Below are positions 41,370-48,761 of a DNA stretch of 64,000 bases, one piece after another (the first letter of the stretch is position 1; every line of letters starts with the position of its first letter). The stretch lies in contig JAWSUS010000007.1 in the NCBI GenBank assembly GCA_033549025.1, positions 64,001-128,000 on the forward strand, given 5' to 3'. The stretch comes from Desulfuromonadales bacterium. GTDB lineage: Bacteria; Desulfobacterota; Desulfuromonadia; Desulfuromonadales; SZUA-540. The position numbers and the translations under genes were made by a program. The notes beneath the pieces were generated by a model. It saw only the letters and a list, made by a program, of their open reading frames with translations, did no database searches and was not told the origin of the DNA.

Positions 41370-43144
41370 TTACCGCACCACGGGTTGCTACAATCAGGAT
41401 GCTTTTCCAGCTCAAAAGACTCCCACTTTGGGAAGATTGCTTTACCATTTTCACGCAAATGCAGAATCCCAACATCATTATCCATTGCTGGATAGTCGCC
41501 AGAAGAACCATCGCACATTATCGATATTGCCATGCGAACACCAGCCAGAGAAATTTCCTGAACATCAAAACTTGTTGCCTTGAATGTTAAATCTCCGCAC
41601 CCTACCGGCTGAAGTTCATCTCCCTCTGGGTCGAAAGTAGGTTGAGATATTTTGCCTTCCTCTAGCGCCCTTAGGTAGCAGAGGAAGCATCCTTTACCAG
41701 ACAAAATCCTAACAACACTCCCGCCCCATCCTCCAGGACGTGAAGATACAGCAACATACGGGATACTATACTTTTTTGCCATATCCGCGATGAGATGGTT
41801 TATTCCAAGCTCAGCCGTTGCGTCATAAATAAGATCTGCCCCATCTAGCAACCTTTTCAGGCCTTCAAACTGGTCATAATCTGGAGTAACCTGACCAAGA
41901 ATTATTCTGAAATCATCATTACCTGCATCCGGATAATGATCCGTTCCAATTCGTGTTAAAGGATAATTTTCACGAATCTTTTCAGACAGGAATTGGACCT
42001 TGCCCGATGTTATTGCTGACATTCCTTCAGGCCATCGGCAAACTGTTCCGGAACTTACATAGTCTCCATCCCACAATCTCAGTTCAGCAACTCCTGCACG
42101 TGCGAACTCCAATGCGCTCGGAGCACCCACACAACCCAAGCCAATAACGGCGACAGTCTTTTCTCGTAATGGCCTTAACTCAGGGACCCGTTGAAAAAGA
42201 TCATTTTCACCTATTGCTTCCGTTGTTATTACCCAAGTCGCTACCTCGATTTTTTTCTTCCCGCCCTCTTTGTACATTTTTGTCTGATACGCCAGAAACA
42301 ACCAACCATCCCTGTATCCACCACCGGGGGCTTCTTCCTTGAAACAGAAGCCATGAACTCCGCTTCTGCCCTTATTAATTTCATTATCAATCACACGATA
42401 GGCTACCGGGTTTATAGCCCTTATACTTTCACAAAACGTAACACCAGAGCTTAGCCTTGGCACCTTATCAATTCGTGACCACCTGATAGTATCCACACTA
42501 TTTGTTTTAGCGGTTGCATACGCTCCAATCGCAGGGTTTACGGAGCAGTCGCCTACCACGCTCTTGTCACTCTTCTGTATTGAGTGAACCCATGCTTTAA
42601 GCGGTTTATGAGGAGAGATTTTTCTTATGGGGTGGGTTGAAAATATTCTCAAAAGCCCCTCCCTGACTTTTTCAGGCAAGGACCAAGAGCTGTCCATCAA
42701 AAATATTTGGTTCTTGAATGGAGCAAAATAAGCACTTTGCGGCTCCGCTTGATGATCCTCTGTATCTAAACGCGAGTCATCAAAACCACGAACTGCCGCC
42801 CTCTCCCATTCCGGGAGCATTTCAACAATATGCTTAGCTGCCGTCCTGCAAGGTTGCCACTCTCCGGTACCTCTTTTCAGAAGGCATATTTCGCCGGTAT
42901 GAGGGTTATAGTGCCGCAGACCACCCCCCAGGCCCAAGCAATTTACTACCGGTCTGAAGTATGGATAAAGCTGAGGATACTCGATCCAGCCATTTTCACC
43001 CTGGCCGAATATTGTGAGTTTTATCCGAACAACAGCAAGGCCTCTAGCAAATGATTCATCGTCCTTAACTGGTTGCAAACCAGATTCTTGGAGTGCGGTG
43101 AGTTCTTCGTCTAAAACGGCAGGGTACTCATCCCACCACCGCAT
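41366..43144 (-). CDS. Prokaryotic E2-E1(ThiF) fusion protein
   Basis: N-terminal E2-like YPQLYPYFRP..HYNP..GEICL; C-terminal ThiF VAVIGLGCVG, WDGD, DATA, CFLC, candidate catalytic PVGC, terminal CxxxxC. Confidence 0.88.
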   Translation of the reverse strand: MRWWDEYPAVLDEELTALQESGLQPVKDDESFARGLAVVRIKLTIFGQGENGWIEYPQLYPYFRPVVNCLGLGGGLRHYNPHTGEICLLKRGTGEWQPCRTAAKHIVEMLPEWERAAVRGFDDSRLDTEDHQAEPQSAYFAPFKNQIFLMDSSWSLPEKVREGLLRIFSTHPIRKISPHKPLKAWVHSIQKSDKSVVGDCSVNPAIGAYATAKTNSVDTIRWSRIDKVPRLSSGVTFCESIRAINPVAYRVIDNEINKGRSGVHGFCFKEEAPGGGYRDGWLFLAYQTKMYKEGGKKKIEVATWVITTEAIGENDLFQRVPELRPLREKTVAVIGLGCVGAPSALEFARAGVAELRLWDGDYVSSGTVCRWPEGMSAITSGKVQFLSEKIRENYPLTRIGTDHYPDAGNDDFRIILGQVTPDYDQFEGLKRLLDGADLIYDATAELGINHLIADMAKKYSIPYVAVSSRPGGWGGSVVRILSGKGCFLCYLRALEEGKISQPTFDPEGDELQPVGCGDLTFKATSFDVQEISLAGVRMAISIMCDGSSGDYPAMDNDVGILHLRENGKAIFPKWESFELEKHPDCSNPWCGK

Positions 43145-43296
43145 TAGCCTACCTGTCTTCCTCCACCAGGATTCGGACGATCGGCTGGACGATTCCCGGG
43201 ATTTTCTGGAGGGGTAGCTGGAGTTGCAGGATTTCCTGGCCCATTAGGGTCTGCCGGTGTTGCAGGATTTCCTTGGCCTTTATCATTGTTTGCCAT
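43144..43296 (-). CDS. Unannotated 50-aa Pro/Gly/Asn-rich peptide ending in Gly, candidate protein modifier
   Basis: Hand translation MANNDKGQGNPATPADPNGPGNPATPATPPENPGNRPADRPNPGGGRQVG*; GAGGT RBS; TAATG stop/start overlap with E2-E1; below the ORF-track size cut-off. Confidence 0.82.
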   Translation of the reverse strand: MANNDKGQGNPATPADPNGPGNPATPATPPENPGNRPADRPNPGGGRQVG

Positions 43297-43353
43297 AACC
43301 GAACCTCATCTTTTCGTTAGAGTACAACATATTAATCAAATCCAACAACACCC

Positions 43354-43382
43354 AAGTTATCACTCCAAAACGAGACCGTCAA
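43354..43382 (-). promoter_or_regulatory. Sigma70-type promoter for the peptide-E2E1-JAB operon
   Basis: Minus strand TTGACG-17 bp-TAACTT with extended -10 TGn. Confidence 0.62.
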
Positions 43383-43388
43383 CCAAAA

Positions 43389-43436
43389 ACACAATATAAA
43401 AGTATGAAGCGAAATCCAAACCACTATATATTGTGG
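43389..43436. promoter_or_regulatory. Tandem NrdR-like boxes
   Basis: CCACTATATATTGTGG (43421-43436) and weaker ACACAATATAAAAGTA (43389-43404), starts 32 bp apart. Confidence 0.6.
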
Positions 43437-43452
43437 CATATATCGAATTAGG

Positions 43453-44336
43453 TGTTAGAAATCTGAGCGTTGTTTACACTTTTTCGCCATAGAAATGATC
43501 GAGTAGCTTTTCGTATGGCGTCATCCCGTCAATGCCTTTGTAGGGCTTGACCGTGTTGTAGAAGTTAGTGAAGCGCAGCAGGCTGATCTGGCGACTCTTT
43601 CGATCACCGAACGTTTCCTTCTGGTGCCACATCTCCATAAGCGTGAGGATCGCGCGTTCTGCTTTGCCATTGGTCTGAGGTCGATTGATCGAGTGAATTT
43701 TTGGCCAATACCGAGTTCAGCGCAGGTTTTTACAAAAGCGTGTTCGCTGACTCCTCTGAATTCTTTGCCGTTGTCTGAGTAGGTGTATTCGATGGTGTAA
43801 AGACTTTCATCGGCAACCTGGCGCAAAAAGAGTTCAGCACTGTATTGGGTCTTGTCCGGGAATATCCCAGCGTAAAGTTCCCGGGAAAAATCGTCAATGG
43901 CGACGAACAGATACTCTCTGGGAAGTGACTGATCCTCGCCTTTAATCAACGGGAGACGTTTGCTTTCAAAATGGACCAACTCTCCCGGATATGATTTGTT
44001 GTAACGCCTGGCTTCACGTTTGCGCTTTTCTTCAAGCTCGCGTTCAACCTTGGCTAGACGCTTTAGCCCATACTTGAGGCTGCGGAAACGATTATTGACG
44101 CTGCGTCTCGGAACGAATTCCTGCTTCCTGGCCCGGGCCAGTGTCTTGTAAATCGTTGGCCGTGAGACGCGATACATTTCTGCCAGGCGACTGACCTTGT
44201 ATTCGCCTGTCTGCCATAACTGCCAAATCTTCTGGCGGTCATGGGGTGTTAACCGTATGTGTTTGTGCATGACCATGTTTGCAAAATCCTCCTTCACCAA
44301 TATCGGATTCTGTAAACAATGCGTCAATTTCTTACA
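43453..44336 (-). mobile_element. IS481-family insertion sequence (884 bp)
   Basis: TGT..ACA ends, 26-bp imperfect IRs (TGTTAGAAATCTGAGCGTTGTTTACA / TGTAAGAAATTGACGCATTGTTTACA), flanking direct repeat AATTAGG. Confidence 0.88.
43474..44276 (-). pseudogene. IS481-family transposase, frameshifted
   Basis: HTH, AIDDFSR, SDNGKEF; RPQTNGKAER..YN..TPYE continues in another frame after about 43690. Confidence 0.85.
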
Positions 44337-44791
44337 AATTAGGTATTAAAATGATTTATGCTTAATTGCCCGTCTTAATGTTTACCCCAACACAATCCAA
44401 TAGCTAGATTACTTATTTTGGCGTGTTTTTACGTTTTGGGTTGGGATAAGGGTTAAGTGTAACGGGTAAAACGAGAAAGTTATCATACAAAATTGAAGCT
44501 GTATGATATGTGTATCTATTGATTGAATATCAAAAACTATTTTAGTCGTCCCTGAAAAATGGTAAGAGACTGAAATTAAGTATATATTTCCTGTTTATTA
44601 TTGATAAAATCACCAGAAAACAGAGTTCATGCCTTCGCAGCTTTGTTCGTTGAGTTGGGGAATTGTTGAAATAATGGGCCGCTGTTTCTGCCAAGGCTCT
44701 GGTCAGCGCTTTTTATCCCTGGCGTTACCTCTGCTTTCAAGGAGAGCGATGTTCTGCCTTAGTCACGGTTGTGGTGTAAAAGGAGAGCTAA

Positions 44792-45946
44792 ATGGAAATG
44801 CTTAAATATTATCTGGGGGGACGTGAGCAGGCGTTTATAAAACATGCCCTGCTTAAGGCATATTTGGAAAAACTGTTCATGATAATCGGGCAGCGACAGA
44901 GGTGCATTTGTTATGTGGATTGCTTCTCAGGACCCTGGGAGGAAAGCGCAGAGAACCTCATGGATACATCCATAGGTATCTCGCTTGATATAATGGCAAA
45001 GTGCCGTAAAGCCTTGGCTGCAATGAGAAACGAAGTGAAGTTCCGTGCGCTTTATATAGAAAAAACAAGGAAGTCATATGATAAACTTCAGGATTTCCTA
45101 AAACAAAGCAAGGAACTAGGGGTGGAGACTAGAGCCATAAGAGGAGAGTTCCACAATAATCTCAATGAAATTATTGACTGGTGCGGAAGCAAAGACTTTG
45201 TCTTCTTTTTTGTTGATCCAAAGGGCTATGCAAATGTAATTGAACCACAAACACTTGAGCCGCTTCTACATAGAAAAAACTCAGAGATACTAATAAACTT
45301 TATGTATGATCATATTAATCGATTTGTCGAATCAAAATCAAATAGGAATTTAATTGTTGATATATTCGGAGAGGTACCTGTAGTTGGTGGCCTTGAACCA
45401 AAGAAGAGAGAAGAATACCTTCTTGAATTATATAGACGAAGGCTCAAGAGTGTTATGTCCGAAGTTGGCGGGGTGCCTCGATTCGCATATGTAAGCGTGG
45501 TAGACACAGAGAAGAGTAAAACAAAGTACGAAATGGTGTACCTGACTAGGCATGCATTAGGCATATTGAAGTTTTTAGAGGTATCTGAACCTTTGGAGAT
45601 AATACAAAAGCAAGTTAAACAGAAAGCCAAAGAGCATCGATCAAAGCAGCCGTCGTTGTTCTCCTTCGAGGAGATTCCCGAAGTGAACGAGGGGGTTAGC
45701 ATTGAAGAAGTGAAACATTTTTGGCTGAGAAAATTGAGCACTGTCCCTGAGCCTTTTGGCTATGATAGGATGGCTGACATGCATGAAGAGACAGGCTGGT
45801 TGCTAGGTGATTTTCAGCGTGCCTTCTCGGAACTGCTCAAAGAAGGCAAAGTGCAAAATATTGACATGAGTAAGCCTCGTCGCTCAAGGCCTATCCACTT
45901 TGAGGAGAACCGAGGTGAAGGCGAGCGCTTGAGAAAGCTGGTATGA
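44792..45946 (+). CDS. Three-Cys-motif partner protein (TcmP-like)
   Basis: KHALLKAYL, YVDCFSGP, FFFVDPKG, EILINFM; coupled to a DUF5131 gene. Confidence 0.78.
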   Translation: MEMLKYYLGGREQAFIKHALLKAYLEKLFMIIGQRQRCICYVDCFSGPWEESAENLMDTSIGISLDIMAKCRKALAAMRNEVKFRALYIEKTRKSYDKLQDFLKQSKELGVETRAIRGEFHNNLNEIIDWCGSKDFVFFFVDPKGYANVIEPQTLEPLLHRKNSEILINFMYDHINRFVESKSNRNLIVDIFGEVPVVGGLEPKKREEYLLELYRRRLKSVMSEVGGVPRFAYVSVVDTEKSKTKYEMVYLTRHALGILKFLEVSEPLEIIQKQVKQKAKEHRSKQPSLFSFEEIPEVNEGVSIEEVKHFWLRKLSTVPEPFGYDRMADMHEETGWLLGDFQRAFSELLKEGKVQNIDMSKPRRSRPIHFEENRGEGERLRKLV

Positions 45947-46683
45947 GTACAAAGTCAAAGATCGAATGGACCGAGCAGACATGGAACCCTGCGGTGGGTT
46001 GCAGCAAGGTTTCCCCCGGCTGCACAAACTGTTATGCCGAGGTGATGGCAAAACGCCTCCAGGCAATGAAGGTAAACGGCTATCAGAATGGATTCGAACT
46101 GACCACGTTGCCGAAACGGCTGGAGGAGCCGCTTATGCGCCAGCGTTCAACAGTTTTTTTTGTCAACTCGATGAGCGACCTGTTCCATGAGGAGATACCC
46201 TTCGACTATATTGATAGAGTTTTCGAAGTGATAGCGAAAACTCCGCGCCATACATACCAAGTCCTAACAAAGCGTGCCGAACGCATGGCCACCTATTTTG
46301 CAGAGCGTAAGACACCGCCGAACGTTTGGCTTGGTGTGACCGTGGAAGACCGTAAGCATGGTCTTCCACGCATTGATCACTTACGGCAGATCCAAGCCTG
46401 CATACGGTTTCTCTCTATGGAGCCGCTACTGGAAGATCTTGGCCCGGTTGACCTGACTGACATCCAATGGGTTATCGTTGGAGGCGAGTCGGGACCGAAG
46501 GCAAGGCCAATGAGGCCCGAATGGCCCAAGAGTATTCAGCGCCAGTGTCAAAAGCAAGGAGCTGCTTTTTTCTTCAAGCAGTGGGGTGGATGGGGTCCAG
46601 ATGGTATTAAGCGGGCGAAGAAAAAAAATGGTCGCATTCTTGACGGCAGAACATGGGATGAAACTCCGGCAATGTTCGGATAG
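45943..46683 (+). CDS. DUF5131 (phage Gp37/Gp68) family protein
   Basis: IEWT..TWNP..GCSKVSPGCTNCYA, FVNSMSDLFH, WVIVGGESG, FFFKQWG. Confidence 0.88.
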   Translation: MSTKSKIEWTEQTWNPAVGCSKVSPGCTNCYAEVMAKRLQAMKVNGYQNGFELTTLPKRLEEPLMRQRSTVFFVNSMSDLFHEEIPFDYIDRVFEVIAKTPRHTYQVLTKRAERMATYFAERKTPPNVWLGVTVEDRKHGLPRIDHLRQIQACIRFLSMEPLLEDLGPVDLTDIQWVIVGGESGPKARPMRPEWPKSIQRQCQKQGAAFFFKQWGGWGPDGIKRAKKKNGRILDGRTWDETPAMFG

Positions 46684-46812
46684 CCCGCACTCTCTCCCTT
46701 CTGCCATGTGCCTTCCCTTAGCTCTTCCCGCTCCAGCGGCCGAGTCTCACTTGCCCAAGGAGTCGAGGCGCGCCCGAGAAGAGTGAGCACAAAGAAAACC
46801 AGCCAAATAGAG

Positions 46813-46866
46813 CCGATACAAAAGCCCCTTGGAGCTGAGGTTGTTCCAAGGGGGCTTTTGTGTCGG
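46813..46866. terminator. Long hairpin, probably a bidirectional terminator
   Basis: CCGATACAAAAGCCCCTTGGAGC / GTTCCAAGGGGGCTTTTGTGTCGG. Confidence 0.7.
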
Positions 46867-46999
46867 GCCCGCCCCTACGTGGCGAGGCGAGTATCTTTGC
46901 GAAGCTCAACTAGGTTCGATAGCAGAGCCTTTTTACAATGCGCAGTTAAGTGCGCATTGTAGGGGCCGCACTCCGCCCCATTGCCACCTTAAAAACGGA

Positions 47000-47029
47000 T
47001 TGACATTAGCAGTGCATTTCAATTAGTAT
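47000..47029 (+). promoter_or_regulatory. Outward-facing promoter at the right end of the element
   Basis: TTGACA-18 bp-TAGTAT. Confidence 0.55.
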
Positions 47030-47124
47030 TGCCACCGTCCACGGAACATCGTGGACGCTCTAGTAGGCGAGCCGTTTCTCTAGGCGTCAGGCTTACTTAC
47101 ATACGGTTGGGAAGTGGGATCACC

Positions 47125-47139
47125 CTGAGCCTTATATAA
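47125..47139. repeat. Right terminal inverted repeat CTGAGCCTTATATAA
   Basis: Pairs with 31470-31484; abuts the second GGGTTC. Confidence 0.82.
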
Positions 47140-47165
47140 GGGTTCGAATCCTACCTCCTCCGCCA
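47140..47165 (+). pseudogene. 3' fragment of the split host tRNA-Ser(UGA)
   Basis: GGGTTCGAATCCTACCTCCTCCGCCA; CTCCTCC pairs with GGAGGAG at 31404 and CCTAC with GTGGG. Confidence 0.93.
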
Positions 47166-47216
47166 AATTTAAAGCATAAGCGCACGTTTTACATATCCAT
47201 AGTAAGTATCCGCAAC

Positions 47217-47312
<96 letters not shown>

Positions 47313-47381
47313 TTTAAATCGATACAATTCTCTTCTTTCCTTTCGAGCATTATCCTTCAAGCATTGCATCAAGAGGTGTCC

Positions 47382-47882
47382 ATGTTTTTGGTCCCCCGCT
47401 GTGCCGCACTTCTTCTCGTTCTGCTGGCGACAGGGCTTTCAGGCTGCGATTCAAGACCTACAGCCAAGGAGACGATGACCAGTGAGGTTGAAAAGACCAC
47501 CGGTACAGTCAAAGTCGTCGTGCCACCCGAGGTTGAAGGTCAGTGGAGAGCCGTCACAATAGCGGTTCAAGATAAACAGAACAACACCGAGAAGACCTAC
47601 ACCGTCGACATCGGTTCTTCTTTCAATCTCGATGACGGCGGCATATCCGTCCACACCAAGGCATTTTTGCCGGCCTTCATCATGGATGGAGTAGTGATGA
47701 CCTCCGCTTCCAACGAAACGGAAAACCCTGGCGTACAGGTCTCCATTTTTGAAGGAAGACAGGAAATTTTTCACGGCTGGCTTTTCAGTCATTACCCCGG
47801 CGCCCACGCCTTCAAGCATCCGCGATTCACCTTCACCTTGGTTGATTATCTGCGAGCAGAAAAAAGGGTTGACAATCCGTAA
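47382..47882 (+). CDS. Lipoprotein, DUF2155-like
   Basis: Lipobox LSGC; IFHGWLF..HPRF motif. Confidence 0.6.
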   Translation: MFLVPRCAALLLVLLATGLSGCDSRPTAKETMTSEVEKTTGTVKVVVPPEVEGQWRAVTIAVQDKQNNTEKTYTVDIGSSFNLDDGGISVHTKAFLPAFIMDGVVMTSASNETENPGVQVSIFEGRQEIFHGWLFSHYPGAHAFKHPRFTFTLVDYLRAEKRVDNP

Positions 47883-47912
47883 AAAATAAGCGATAAACCT
47901 TCTTCTTGATAC

Positions 47913-47989
<77 letters not shown>

Positions 47990-47997
47990 CTAACAAT

Positions 47998-48031
47998 AAA
48001 GCCCCAGCATTGAAAAGTGCTGGGGCTTTTT
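47998..48031 (+). terminator. Intrinsic terminator after tRNA-Arg
   Basis: AAAGCCCCAGCA..TGCTGGGGCTTTT. Confidence 0.78.
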
Positions 48032-48045
48032 GCATCGGGCAAGTC

Positions 48046-48540
48046 ATGGAAAGCGTGGACGAATTCTTCATGCGGCAGGCAATGGGCGAAGCGTTGGCCG
48101 CCGAAACGATCGGCGAAGTGCCCGTAGGCGCTGTCCTAGTCAGGGACGGCCACGTCATCGGTCGCGGCTACAACCGGCGCGAAACCAGCAACGACCCCAC
48201 CACCCATGCCGAGATGATCGCCATTCGCCAAGCGGCCGCGCATATCGGGCACTGGCGCCTCCTTGACTGTACCCTCTATGTTACCCTCGAGCCCTGCGTC
48301 ATGTGCATGGGGGCCATTATCCTCGCCCGCATTCCGCGCCTCGTCTTCGGCTGCCGTGACCCGCGCGTCGGGGCCGTGGGTTCCATTTACGATTTCTCCC
48401 AAGATCCTCGCTTCAACCACCGCGTTGAGGTGACCGAAGGAATCCTCGCCGAAGAATGCAGCAACCAACTCAGCGCTTTTTTCCAGAAACTGCGGGCTCA
48501 AAAGAAGGCCGAAAAAGTCAAAGATTCCTCATCCCAGTAA
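48046..48540 (+). CDS. tadA: tRNA adenosine(34) deaminase
   Basis: EVPVGAV, HAE, LYVTLEPCVMC. Confidence 0.94.
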   Translation: MESVDEFFMRQAMGEALAAETIGEVPVGAVLVRDGHVIGRGYNRRETSNDPTTHAEMIAIRQAAAHIGHWRLLDCTLYVTLEPCVMCMGAIILARIPRLVFGCRDPRVGAVGSIYDFSQDPRFNHRVEVTEGILAEECSNQLSAFFQKLRAQKKAEKVKDSSSQ

Positions 48541-48615
48541 AGTGGGCAACAAAACGCACTTGGCAAAAGGTCTCGTAATAAGGTAGGATGTCGCCCAATT
48601 CGTCGACACGCTTCC

Positions 48616-48703
48616 GGAGGGGTGTCCGAGAGGTCGAAGGTGACAGACTCGAAATCTGTTGTACCGCAAGGTACCGTGGGTTCGAATCCCACCCCCTCCG
48701 CCA
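48616..48703 (+). tRNA. tRNA-Ser(CGA)
   Basis: GGAGGGG/CCCCTCC acceptor, ACAGA-CTCGAAA-TCTGT, variable arm, CCA. Confidence 0.96.
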
Positions 48704-48710
48704 GTAAAAA

Positions 48711-48742
48711 CAAGGGCTTAGCCATTTTGGCTAGGCCCTTTG
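48711..48742. terminator. Hairpin between tRNA-Ser(CGA) and the convergent T6SS operon
   Basis: AAGGGCTTAGCCA-TTT-TGGCTAGGCCCTT. Confidence 0.7.
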
Positions 48743-48761
48743 TTGTACGGACAATGTAGAA

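Larger units (their letters stand above)
31464..47145. mobile_element. 15.7-kb integrative element with two tyrosine recombinases (SE/GMT-like architecture)
   Basis: GGGTTC at both ends (31464-31469, 47140-47145), 15-bp imperfect terminal inverted repeats, split tRNA, recombinase genes, visibly AT-richer than the flanks. Confidence 0.92.

Noticed and set aside
40881..43144. Type II CBASS (Cap2/Cap3) call
   Set aside because: No CD-NTase or cyclic-nucleotide effector ORF is present in the element; the upstream slot holds the 50-aa peptide and its promoter.
46684..47026. Short ORFs near the right end of the element
   Set aside because: No RBS or motifs, and they overlap hairpin and promoter sequence.
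47068..47139. GAGCCGT...TACGGTT resembling group II intron domain V, i.e. RNA-level splicing of the element
   Set aside because: The inner stem and GNRA loop do not form, the left junction is not GUGYG, and no maturase is present.
31404..47165. Archaeal-style trans-spliced split tRNA via complementary flanks
   Set aside because: The complementarity is explained by recombinase arms, no bulge-helix-bulge or splicing endonuclease is evident, and an intact replacement tRNA exists.
31491..47191. 10-mer GCACGTTTTA at 31491 and 47182
   Set aside because: Short and asymmetric relative to the junctions; may be chance.
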